Part shown: positions 27,912-37,077 of the stretch, one piece after another | How positions within the stretch are numbered: the first letter of the stretch is position 1 | Layout: every line of letters begins with the position of its first letter | Assembly: GCA_963662945.1 (NCBI GenBank) | Contig: OY759974.1 | Span: 1,504,001-1,568,000 of the forward strand | DNA length: 64,000 nucleotides | Reading direction: 5' to 3' | Source: Arcobacteraceae bacterium | GTDB taxonomy: Bacteria; Campylobacterota; Campylobacteria; Campylobacterales; Arcobacteraceae | Position numbers and translations under genes: made by a program | Notes under the pieces: model-generated | Told to the model about the DNA's origin: nothing | What the model saw: only the letters and a program-made list of their open reading frames with translations | Database searches by the model: none

Positions 27912-28727
27912 TTGTTTGACAAAATATCAGAACAAGCTGATAAGCTTGTTGCAATGACAAAAAAACATAATAGAAATTCTAGAACAAAAGTTGTAGTAAT
28001 TACTTCTGGAAAAGGTGGAGTAGGAAAGTCTACACTTACATCTAATATAGCTTATTTACTTTCAAGACAAGGAAAAAATGTCGCAGTCCTTGATGCAGAT
28101 ATTGGATTGGCAAATCAACAAGTATTATTTGATATTAAGCCACAAAAAACTTTTTTTGATTACCTAGATGGTGAGTGTGAGTTAGAAGATATATTTTTAG
28201 AAACAAGTTATCATGGAGTAACACTTATAGCTGGAAAAAGTGGATATCAATATGGAAAACTAAATAATAGTATGATGTTTTCAAGAGTTGTGGATGATAT
28301 ACTAGATCTAAATAGGTATGATATATTACTAATTGATACAGGTGCTGGTATTAATGAACATGTTCAAGAATTTTTAAATTTAACAGATAATATTTTAGCT
28401 ATTACAACAACAGATCCTAGTGCTTTAACTGATGTTTATGCGCTTTTAAAGATGATTAGTTTAAAAAAAGAAAAGCTTATGTTGTGTTTTAATTATACTT
28501 CAAAGTATGAAATTGGAGAAACAATAACAAAATCTATTACAAATTTAGCACTAAAAAATAAACTTAATAGAAAATTTATGGTACAATATATGGGAAATGT
28601 AAGTGAGATGAAAAGTATTGCAATTACTGGTAGATTAAGAAAACTATTTACAAGGGAATTGAAGCAAGAAATAGCGTCTCAAGAGTTGCGAATGGTAGTT
28701 GATAATTTAGTAAAACAAATAGGATGA
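27912..28727 (+). CDS. flhG: MinD-like ATPase FlhG
   Basis: SGKGGVGKS, DADIGLAN, IDTGAGI; follows flhF. Confidence 0.93.
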   Translation: MFDKISEQADKLVAMTKKHNRNSRTKVVVITSGKGGVGKSTLTSNIAYLLSRQGKNVAVLDADIGLANQQVLFDIKPQKTFFDYLDGECELEDIFLETSYHGVTLIAGKSGYQYGKLNNSMMFSRVVDDILDLNRYDILLIDTGAGINEHVQEFLNLTDNILAITTTDPSALTDVYALLKMISLKKEKLMLCFNYTSKYEIGETITKSITNLALKNKLNRKFMVQYMGNVSEMKSIAITGRLRKLFTRELKQEIASQELRMVVDNLVKQIG

Positions 28728-28734
28728 AGTAATT

Positions 28735-29067
28735 ATGAAGACGGAAGAATTTTCACAACGATTATTACAAAGTCGAATATTTGATACATATGTAGGTGCA
28801 GTTTTTTTTGGCACAGTTATTTTTTTTGTTCTTAATGCATCATTTTATACACCGATTGAAATGATGGTTGGAATAGTATTTGTAACGGTGTTTTTCAAAG
28901 GACTAGCCAATTTAATGATATCAATGACTATCTCTTTATTTACTCTTTCAAATGAGCAAGATAGAATAGATTTTGAGAAATCGTCAAATACTTTAGAATC
29001 TTTAGTAAATGATTTAGCAATACAAGAAGCTGCAACACAAAGTAATAAAACTATAAATAATGGTTAA
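28735..29067 (+). CDS. Small 2-TM membrane protein, positional FlgV candidate
   Basis: Two hydrophobic helices and a short helical tail, directly after flhF-flhG. Confidence 0.55.
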   Translation: MKTEEFSQRLLQSRIFDTYVGAVFFGTVIFFVLNASFYTPIEMMVGIVFVTVFFKGLANLMISMTISLFTLSNEQDRIDFEKSSNTLESLVNDLAIQEAATQSNKTINNG

Positions 29068-29077
29068 AGGATAAGGT

Positions 29078-29410
29078 ATGAAATTAACTGAGGTAACAAA
29101 TTCATTGAGTGGAATAAACAAAAGCTCTTTATTAAATTCGGTTATCAACAATGTTGATATGTCTAAAGATCATCAATCAAATACAAATGGTGAGTCGTTT
29201 GCTGAAATTTTAAAACAATCTGTAAATGAAGTTAATAATTCACAAGTACAAGCATATGATGCAATGCATGATATTGCAACTGGAAAGGTTGAAAACTTAC
29301 AAGAAGCTGTTCAGAAGATTGAAGAAGCTGAACTTAGTTTAAAACTAGGATTAGAAGTTAAAAATAAAGCGTTAAGTGCATATAAACAAGTAATGGCGAT
29401 GCAAATATAA
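29078..29410 (+). CDS. fliE: Flagellar hook-basal body protein FliE
   Basis: SFAEILKQSVNEVN...AELSLKLGLEVKNKALSAYKQVMAMQI. Confidence 0.94.
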   Translation: MKLTEVTNSLSGINKSSLLNSVINNVDMSKDHQSNTNGESFAEILKQSVNEVNNSQVQAYDAMHDIATGKVENLQEAVQKIEEAELSLKLGLEVKNKALSAYKQVMAMQI

Positions 29411-29437
29411 TTTAATTAAATTATAAAGGAGTTTAGA

Positions 29438-29893
29438 ATGGGTTTTTTTGATGGATACAACGTAGCTACATCTGGTATGAGTGCTCAAAGAGAGAGAATT
29501 AATATAGTAAGTTCAAATATTGCTAACTCACAAACAACGCATTCTAAAGAAGGAGGACCTTACAAAAAACAAAATGTTGTTTTTGAAGAGGTATTACTAG
29601 AAACAAATAATAAGTTAAATAAAAACAGTAAAGCCTATGAAGATGAGAGTGCATTATCATTAAAGGGAGTAGGTGTTAGGGAAATTATAGAAGCAAAAGG
29701 TGAGCCTATAATGAAATATGAACCTACACATCCAGATGCTAATCAAGATGGTTATGTAGCTTATCCAAATATAAACCCTGTGATTGAAATGGTTGACCTA
29801 ATAGAAGCGATGAGATCTTACGAAGCAAATGTATCTGCATTTAAGACACAAAAAGATTTAGATACTAAAACACTTGATATAATTAAAACATAG
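29438..29893 (+). CDS. flgC: Flagellar proximal rod protein FlgC
   Basis: SGMSAQRER, GGPYKK, YEPTHPDAN.DGYVAYPNINPVIEMVDLIEAMRSYEAN. Confidence 0.96.
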   Translation: MGFFDGYNVATSGMSAQRERINIVSSNIANSQTTHSKEGGPYKKQNVVFEEVLLETNNKLNKNSKAYEDESALSLKGVGVREIIEAKGEPIMKYEPTHPDANQDGYVAYPNINPVIEMVDLIEAMRSYEANVSAFKTQKDLDTKTLDIIKT

Positions 29894-29895
29894 GA

Positions 29896-31902
29896 TTGAA
29901 CATGTCTGTAGATCTTTTATCTAATCTTGGTAAAGAGGTAGTATCAAAAAAAGATACGGTAGTAGATTCTAAAAAAGAAGTTTCTACAAAAAAAGAAGGA
30001 AGTTCTTTATTTGATTCTTTAATGAAAGATATTCAAAAAGATAAAGAAAATATATCTACATCAACTTCTCAACAAAAAACTGAAAATAAAGTTATTTCTG
30101 AAAATAAACATGAACATACTGCTAAATTAAAAGAGGGAACATTAGAAGCATCAAAAAAAGTTTCTGAAGGATTAGTTGATTTAGTTGTTGATAATGTAAA
30201 AAATAAAACAGACAAAGATATAGAGTTATCTAAAAGTAAGAAAACAACTGCAAAAGATGAATTATCAAAAAAAAATAATGAAGAGATAAAATCAAAAGTA
30301 GAAGTGAAAGTAACAACAATCAAAGAGGCAGTAGAAGATATTAAAAATGAGATATCAAATATTGGACAAGAAAAAAAAGATGAAGTAAAATCAAAAGATA
30401 TAAAGAAAACAATAGATGAGAAAACAACTGCAAAAGATGGATTATCAAAAAATAATGAAGAGATAAAATCAAAAGTAGAAGTAAAAGTAACAACAATAAA
30501 AGAAGCAGTAGAAGATATTAAAAATGAGATATCAAATATTGGACAAGAAAAAAAAGATGAAGTAAAATCAAAAGATATAAAGAAAACAATAGATGAGAAA
30601 ACAACTGCAAAAGATGGATTATCAAAAAATAATGAAGAGATAAAATCAAAAGTAGAAGTAAAAGTAACAACAATAAAAGAAGCAGTAGAAGATATTAAAA
30701 ATGAGATATCAAATATTGGACAAGAAAAAAAAGATGAAGTAAAATCAAAAGATATAAAGAAAACAATAGATGAGAAAACAACTGCAAAAGATGGATTATC
30801 AAAAAACAATGAAGAGATAAAATCAAAAGTAGAAGTAAAAGTAACAACAATAAAAGAAGCAGTAGAAGATATTAAAAATGAGATATCAAAGATAAATCAA
30901 TTAGAGGCTCAAGAGAGTGATACTGTTGATGAGAATAGGATAGATGAAAATCTAAAATCAAATAATATATCAAAAAATACATCAAATCAAAATCAAATAG
31001 TACAAAATTCACAAATAGTAAAAAATGATACAAGTATCGATGGTAAAACAGTATTATTGGCCAATGGTTTCTTAAATTCTCAACAAAAAAATAAGGAAAC
31101 TGTTTCTTTATCACAAGTTGCAGATGCAAAAAACAATATAGAAAAAAATAAAACCCTACAATCTGTTAAAGAGAGTGCAAATATGTTGGGTTTAAAAATT
31201 GATAAAATTGATGTTGAACATACAGATAAAAATGGTGAAGTTAAAGTAGATATTGGGGATAAAAAAAATAAAGAATCTCAATTGTTAATGATGCAAAACA
31301 GAGGTCTCAATAGACTTATAATAGATAAAGACTCCAATATACATAATAATCAAAATATGATATCTGGTGAGCAAATGATTGAAGCACAAGAAGAAATGTC
31401 TTCTAAAAAAGAGAAAAATGTTATAGTAAATGTACCTCAGAATGTTGTTGAAACAATACAGAGTAAAATAATAGGTGCTCACCAAAAAGTGGGAAGTTTT
31501 ATGAGTGAAGTAGCTAGAAATATGTACCTTAATTATAAACCACCATTTACATCATTTAGAATGAATTTAAATCCTGCAAATTTAGGGAGTATTGCTGTTG
31601 TAATGAGAGCTAGTAAGACGGACAATAGTGTAAATGTTAGTATGAATATGAATAATAGTTCTACAATGGAAATTTTTGCAGAAAATAAAACAGCATTACA
31701 AACAGCTCTTCAAAAGCAACTTGGAGATGGTTCAAATGTTACTTTAAATTTTGATATGCAAGATAGTAGTTCTAATGAACAGTTTGGAGAGTCTAATCAA
31801 AATAATAGTTCAGGTGCTCAATATGGTACAAGTAATACTTCTGATGAACCTACTACTGCAATTATAGAGGAAGAAAATACAGAAGAACAAGCTTATATGT
31901 AA
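29896..31902 (+). CDS. fliK: Flagellar hook-length control protein FliK
   Basis: Long, low-complexity, charged N-terminal region and a C-terminal T3S4 motif (MNLNPANLGSIAV...LQTAL). Confidence 0.85.
   Translation: MNMSVDLLSNLGKEVVSKKDTVVDSKKEVSTKKEGSSLFDSLMKDIQKDKENISTSTSQQKTENKVISENKHEHTAKLKEGTLEASKKVSEGLVDLVVDNVKNKTDKDIELSKSKKTTAKDELSKKNNEEIKSKVEVKVTTIKEAVEDIKNEISNIGQEKKDEVKSKDIKKTIDEKTTAKDGLSKNNEEIKSKVEVKVTTIKEAVEDIKNEISNIGQEKKDEVKSKDIKKTIDEKTTAKDGLSKNNEEIKSKVEVKVTTIKEAVEDIKNEISNIGQEKKDEVKSKDIKKTIDEKTTAKDGLSKNNEEIKSKVEVKVTTIKEAVEDIKNEISKINQLEAQESDTVDENRIDENLKSNNISKNTSNQNQIVQNSQIVKNDTSIDGKTVLLANGFLNSQQKNKETVSLSQVADAKNNIEKNKTLQSVKESANMLGLKIDKIDVEHTDKNGEVKVDIGDKKNKESQLLMMQNRGLNRLIIDKDSNIHNNQNMISGEQMIEAQEEMSSKKEKNVIVNVPQNVVETIQSKIIGAHQKVGSFMSEVARNMYLNYKPPFTSFRMNLNPANLGSIAVVMRASKTDNSVNVSMNMNNSSTMEIFAENKTALQTALQKQLGDGSNVTLNFDMQDSSSNEQFGESNQNNSSGAQYGTSNTSDEPTTAIIEEENTEEQAYM
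30241..30890 (+). repeat. In-frame tandem repeat, 177 bp (59 aa) x about 3.65 copies, within fliK
   Basis: Units start at 30241 (180 bp), 30421, 30598 and 30775 (partial, 116 bp). Units 2 and 3 read as identical. Confidence 0.97.
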
Positions 31903-31913
31903 AAGGGAAAAGC

Positions 31914-32666
31914 TTGCAACAGTTAATATCACTTTTAGATCAACAGACTGTTTTAGCTTTTTTACTGCTGTTGGGGCGTGTTTTGGCTTTTATGGCATTT
32001 ATGCCTATCGTTGGTCATAAAACAGTTAATCCAACTATTAGAATTGCTATCTCTTTTTATTTAACAGTTTTTTTATTTCCTTTAATTGATTATGATAAAA
32101 GTTTAATAACCCAAGATACTTTTTTATTAGCTTTAATAAGCGAAGTGACCTTAGGTCTTGTGGCTTCATTTTTGGTTCAAATAATTTTTTCTGCTGTACA
32201 AATTATAGGAGATTTAATAGGATATGCTACTGCATTGTCAATGGCAAATATGTTCGATCCTGCCACAGGTACACAACAAGGTATTATAAGTAGATTTCTA
32301 TATATGATTATTTTAGTTATATATCTGGAATCTGGAATGTATGAGATAACTATTTATATGTTAGCAACAAGTTTTGGACATATCTCTTTAGGTACATTTG
32401 ATTTATTTAGCTATGATGGTATTTTATATGCTTCACAGGAGATAAATAGAATGTTTGCTTTTGCATTTTCTTTTGCATTACCATTGTTTTTTATAGGATT
32501 TATTTTGGATATTTATTATGGATATGGAACTAAATCGATGCCAGCATTTTCTCCATTTGTAGTGACATTTCAGATTAAATTTGCTTTGATTATGATTTTT
32601 ATGATGTTTGGTCTTGAAATATTTGTAGATAGTTTTACTGCATATTTTACAAATAAATTTGAGTAG
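31914..32666 (+). CDS. fliR: Flagellar export gate protein FliR
   Basis: Polytopic membrane protein; R..AFMAFMP, EVTLGL, GDLIG...ALSMANMFDP. Confidence 0.92.
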   Translation: MQQLISLLDQQTVLAFLLLLGRVLAFMAFMPIVGHKTVNPTIRIAISFYLTVFLFPLIDYDKSLITQDTFLLALISEVTLGLVASFLVQIIFSAVQIIGDLIGYATALSMANMFDPATGTQQGIISRFLYMIILVIYLESGMYEITIYMLATSFGHISLGTFDLFSYDGILYASQEINRMFAFAFSFALPLFFIGFILDIYYGYGTKSMPAFSPFVVTFQIKFALIMIFMMFGLEIFVDSFTAYFTNKFE

Positions 32667-32674
32667 GTATTAAA

Positions 32675-33718
32675 ATGGCTGACGATCAAGAAAAAACAGA
32701 AGAACCCACCTCCAAAAAAATAGAAGATGCCAAGAAAGAGGGAAATGTTTCTAAGTCTGCAGAAGTACCTGGTGCAGCAATACTTTTTTTTAGTTCTGTT
32801 TATTTACTATTTTTTGGAGATCCTGTATTTTTAGAGATTCAAAAAATGATGTATTTCATTTATTCTTTTATTGGACAAGAGATGGATGGTAGAAGTTATT
32901 ATGTGATAGCTTCTACTGTTATGACAACAATGATTTATGCTTTATTACCACTTTTTGTTTTAGTTTTATTATTAGCAGTGATTTTTAATGTAATGCAATT
33001 TGGTTTTATAGTAACTCCTTTAAAGTTAGAATTACAAAAAATAGATCCAATGAGTGGATTTAAAAATGTTTTTAGTATGAAAAAAGCAATTGAAGCGCTA
33101 AAATTAACAGCAAAATTGACAATTATATTTATAGTTATGGTTATTATATTTGCAATTATTTGGGATTCAGTACTGGCAATGATGGATAAAAGTATTCGAG
33201 CTGCATTGGATGCAATGATTGAACTTACAATATATTTTTTATTAACAATTCTATTTATTATAATCCTTTTTGCTATAATAGATTACTTTTTTACAAATTA
33301 TTATTATATAAAGCAATTAAGAATGTCGAAACAAGAGATAAAAGATGAACATAAACAAATGGAGGGAGATCCACTTGTAAAAAGTAGAATTAGACAAATT
33401 CAAATGAAAATGTCAAGACAAAGGATGATGGCTGATGTACCTAGTGCAGATGTTGTAATTACAAATCCAACTCAATACGCGGTGGCATTACAATATGATA
33501 GTGAAAAATCAGATGCTCCAGTGGTTGTAGCTAAAGGGATTAATTTTTTAGCACTAAAAATTAAAGAGATTGCACTAGAGAGTAAAATACCAATCATTGA
33601 AGATCCAGCATTAGCAAGAGCTTTATATGACCAAGTAGAAGTAGAAGAAAAAATACCAGAAAGCTTTTACAAGGCTATTGCAGAAATTTTTACTTTTGTG
33701 TATAATCTAAATAAATAA
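32675..33718 (+). CDS. flhB: Flagellar export switch protein FlhB
   Basis: EKTEEPTSKK, KIDPMSG, MSKQEIKDEHKQMEGDP, VVITNPTQYAVAL. Confidence 0.96.
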   Translation: MADDQEKTEEPTSKKIEDAKKEGNVSKSAEVPGAAILFFSSVYLLFFGDPVFLEIQKMMYFIYSFIGQEMDGRSYYVIASTVMTTMIYALLPLFVLVLLLAVIFNVMQFGFIVTPLKLELQKIDPMSGFKNVFSMKKAIEALKLTAKLTIIFIVMVIIFAIIWDSVLAMMDKSIRAALDAMIELTIYFLLTILFIIILFAIIDYFFTNYYYIKQLRMSKQEIKDEHKQMEGDPLVKSRIRQIQMKMSRQRMMADVPSADVVITNPTQYAVALQYDSEKSDAPVVVAKGINFLALKIKEIALESKIPIIEDPALARALYDQVEVEEKIPESFYKAIAEIFTFVYNLNK

Positions 33719-33721
33719 AGG

Positions 33722-35761
33722 GTGATTAGTATAATGTTTAATATAAAATTTTTTTTACTATTGTTATTAGTTTCAACACTTTACGGAAAGAAGGATTTTT
33801 ATTATAATTTTATAAATCCTGATTTAACTCAAATTTCTCAAATTGAGAAAAGAAAAATAGTGGGTGCTAGTGATAAATTAAAAGAGATTAGAAGATATAT
33901 TAAAGAAGGGCAATTAGATGTTGCTTTAAAAAATATTATTATATTTAGAAATAGTAATAAGATTCAAATGTTAGATTCATCTGCTGTTTTATTACAAAGT
34001 GAAATTTTATATAAACTAAATACAGTTACAAAAGCTGCAGATGCCAATGAGTTGCTAGAATCGGCAATTAATAATTCAGAAATTTCTCAAGATGATTTAC
34101 TAGAAGCTTATAGATTATTGGTTTTGATTAAAATAAAACTAAATAAAACAGAAGAAGCTGAATATTATGCAAAAGCTATAGAAAATAGTTTTGATGATCC
34201 CTTATCTAAAGTGTACGGAAAAGTTGCATTGTCTCAAATTCATGTAAAAAGAAGAGATTATCGAAAAGCAATTAAAATATTACGACAAGAACTCATTAAT
34301 ACAACAAGTTTAGAAGTTGCTACAATTATTGCAGATGAACTTTATGATGCTTATATTTTAAATGATCAAAAAGAGGAAGCTTATGATTTAGTACAAAAAG
34401 TACTCAATCGAAATATTGATTATTATGCTAATGACAGTTATAAAGCATTAAAAAAAGTTGATAAATTGGTTGATGCAGATATGTCAGAATTTGCAATAGA
34501 GATTTTGAAAAAACTTATAGAAAACTCAATACATACTGATAGCATTGATAGTTTTAGATTTAAACTTGCTGATGTTTATATGAAAATAGCAGGTTTTCAA
34601 AAAGAATATTTACCAAAAGCAAAAGCAATTTATGAAGATTTAATTCAAACAAAAGAGAATAATCCTTATAGAAAAAGAGCAAAAATGTATCTTGATGAGA
34701 TTATTATGAGAGAAGGTAAATTTGAACCTGCAATGATGGCAGCAAAATATAGTGACTCTGAAACAATGCAGTATAAAGCTATGATGCAAGAGTTGTTAAA
34801 TGCTATCGAAGATGAAAAATTTGAACAAATTATTAGAATGAAAAAAATATATCAAGGTATTTTCCCATCAATTGTAAAACGATTTGGATATGACAGTATT
34901 GACCAAATTTATAATATGGTAAATTCAAAAATGATTGAGTATTATCTTCAAACAAATCAATGTAAACAACTTAATATTGTTATAAAAGATATTTCAGATG
35001 ATGTATTATTACTTCTGATTAAAGATGAAAAAACAATAGATAAATTATTTAACTGTATGATTGAAGTTCCAGATGAAAGAACGTATGCAATAGCTAAAGA
35101 TGTATATGGTAAAGCAAAGAACAACAGAATATATTTTTATTTAGAAAGAGTTGCTTTAATTTTAAATAAATATGATGATGCAAAAGCTTTTTCGCAAAAA
35201 CTAGATATGTTTAGTGATGCAGATGTATTGTCTGATGAGTTTTTATATAGATTTTTAATTTATGCAAATGAAGATAATTCCCAAGCTTTACAAAATTATT
35301 TTGCATATGCAAGAGCAAATCCTGAATTTATTATTAATAATAAAGATAATCCTTTAATTATAGATTTTTATTACCATTACTACCTCTACTTATTAAAAGA
35401 GAAAGAAGAAAATGAAGCAATAATTGTTTTAAAAGAGTTATATAAAAAACAAAATGAGATGAGAGCAAGAGTTTATTCTCCATTTGTGGAAATCGAATTA
35501 GCTAAATATTCTAAATTAGATGATAATTATGATGAAGCTTTAGAGTATTTACAATATGGACTAAATATTAAACGATTAAAAGATGGGAAAAGTATAGATA
35601 GAAAAATCAAAGGTGAAGATTTGGCACGTATTTATTATGAAATAGCAAAAATATATGAGTTTCAAGGAAAAAAGAATAGATATAAAGATGCAATAAAAAA
35701 ATGTCAAAGATTAAAAAATATTGATAGTTTTTACAAAAAAATGTGTGATAAAATGCAATGA
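33722..35761 (+). CDS. Exported TPR protein, PflA-like motor scaffold
   Basis: Signal-peptide-like N-terminus and multiple TPR-like helical repeats; lies between flhB and fliI. The start may be the ATG at 33734. Confidence 0.55.
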   Translation: MISIMFNIKFFLLLLLVSTLYGKKDFYYNFINPDLTQISQIEKRKIVGASDKLKEIRRYIKEGQLDVALKNIIIFRNSNKIQMLDSSAVLLQSEILYKLNTVTKAADANELLESAINNSEISQDDLLEAYRLLVLIKIKLNKTEEAEYYAKAIENSFDDPLSKVYGKVALSQIHVKRRDYRKAIKILRQELINTTSLEVATIIADELYDAYILNDQKEEAYDLVQKVLNRNIDYYANDSYKALKKVDKLVDADMSEFAIEILKKLIENSIHTDSIDSFRFKLADVYMKIAGFQKEYLPKAKAIYEDLIQTKENNPYRKRAKMYLDEIIMREGKFEPAMMAAKYSDSETMQYKAMMQELLNAIEDEKFEQIIRMKKIYQGIFPSIVKRFGYDSIDQIYNMVNSKMIEYYLQTNQCKQLNIVIKDISDDVLLLLIKDEKTIDKLFNCMIEVPDERTYAIAKDVYGKAKNNRIYFYLERVALILNKYDDAKAFSQKLDMFSDADVLSDEFLYRFLIYANEDNSQALQNYFAYARANPEFIINNKDNPLIIDFYYHYYLYLLKEKEENEAIIVLKELYKKQNEMRARVYSPFVEIELAKYSKLDDNYDEALEYLQYGLNIKRLKDGKSIDRKIKGEDLARIYYEIAKIYEFQGKKNRYKDAIKKCQRLKNIDSFYKKMCDKMQ

Positions 35762-37077
35762 GTACTATAAATAATTTAGATGATATTTTAGAAAAAATTA
35801 ATACAAAAAATCTTTTTATCCCTTTTGGGAGAATTGTAAATATTAATACTTCTAGTATAGTTGCTGTTGGTTTAGAGGTCGCAATTGGTGATATTGTTAA
35901 AATAGAATCAGTAAAGCATCTTTATACTGTATTAGGTATGGTAGCTTCAATTGATGCAGATCATTTTACAATTGTCCCTTTCTCATTTATTGATGGGTTT
36001 AAGATAGATGATAAAGTATATCTACAAAAAGAAGGATTAAGTGTAAAATGTGGATATGGCTTATTAGGTAGAGTTGTTAATGCTTTAGGAGAACCAATAG
36101 ACGATGGAGGAAAGATAACAAATATTGAGGGTAATTCACCAATTAATAAAGATACAATTTCGCCACTTGATAGGGGAATTATTGATCAAAGGTTTTCAAC
36201 TGGTGTTAAAGCAATTGATTCAATGCTTACTTGTGGTAAAGGGCAAAAAGTAGGTATTTTTGCTGGCTCTGGAGTTGGGAAATCAACTTTAATGGGTATG
36301 ATTGTAAAAGGATGTGAAGCACAAATAAAAGTTATTGCACTTGTAGGTGAGCGGGGTCGTGAGATTCCGGAGTTTATACATTATAATCTTGGAAATAATC
36401 TTGAAAATACTGTGATAGTTACAGCAACAAGTGATGAATCTTCATTGATGAGAAAATATGCAGCTTTTACAGCAATGGCAATTGCCGAATTTTTTCGAGA
36501 TAAAGGGCATGATGTATTACTTATGATGGACAGTGTTACAAGGTTTGCAATGGCACAAAGAGAGATAGGATTAAGTACAGGAGAGCCACCAACACAAAGA
36601 GGATATCCCCCATCAGTTTTTGCACTGCTTCCCCAATTAATGGAGCGAGCAGGTTCTAATAAATTAGGAACAATTACAGCTTTTTTTACAGTTCTTGTTG
36701 ATGGAGATGATTTAAGTGATCCAATAGCTGATCAAAGTAGATCAATACTTGATGGACATATTGTTTTAACAAGAAAACTAACGGAACAAGGATTCTATCC
36801 TCCTATTGATTTATTGCAAAGTGCATCAAGGGTAATTGATAAAGTTATATCAGTTGAACAATATAAACGTTTTTTAAAGTTAAAAAGGGTATTATCACTA
36901 ATAAACGAAAATGAGGTACTTTTAAGAATTGGTGCTTACAAAAAAGGTATGGATAAAGAGTTAGATGATGCTCTCTTAAGAAAAGAGAAAATCAAAAAGT
37001 TTTTAACCCAAGGTATAGATGAGCTTTATTCTTATGAGTCTACAGTAAAAGGACTAATGGAGGTCACAAATGATTGA
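35758..37077 (+). CDS. fliI: Flagellar export ATPase FliI
   Basis: GIFAGSGVGKST, GERGRE, MDSVTRFAMAQRE, GEPP..RGYPPS, LDGHIVL. Confidence 0.97.
   Translation: MSTINNLDDILEKINTKNLFIPFGRIVNINTSSIVAVGLEVAIGDIVKIESVKHLYTVLGMVASIDADHFTIVPFSFIDGFKIDDKVYLQKEGLSVKCGYGLLGRVVNALGEPIDDGGKITNIEGNSPINKDTISPLDRGIIDQRFSTGVKAIDSMLTCGKGQKVGIFAGSGVGKSTLMGMIVKGCEAQIKVIALVGERGREIPEFIHYNLGNNLENTVIVTATSDESSLMRKYAAFTAMAIAEFFRDKGHDVLLMMDSVTRFAMAQREIGLSTGEPPTQRGYPPSVFALLPQLMERAGSNKLGTITAFFTVLVDGDDLSDPIADQSRSILDGHIVLTRKLTEQGFYPPIDLLQSASRVIDKVISVEQYKRFLKLKRVLSLINENEVLLRIGAYKKGMDKELDDALLRKEKIKKFLTQGIDELYSYESTVKGLMEVTND

Noticed and set aside
30267-30275. A9 tract as a phase-variation switch
   Set aside because: A/T runs of 8-9 are common in this AT-rich sequence. 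I saw no long poly-G/C tracts of the Campylobacter type.
30069-30809. 246-aa minus-strand ORF with repeats
   Set aside because: It is the antisense shadow of the Lys/Glu-rich fliK repeat; Phe/Ser-rich with no independent evidence.
30241-30890. Possible CRISPR array
   Set aside because: The units are contiguous 177-bp in-frame coding repeats with no unique spacers, and no cas genes are present.
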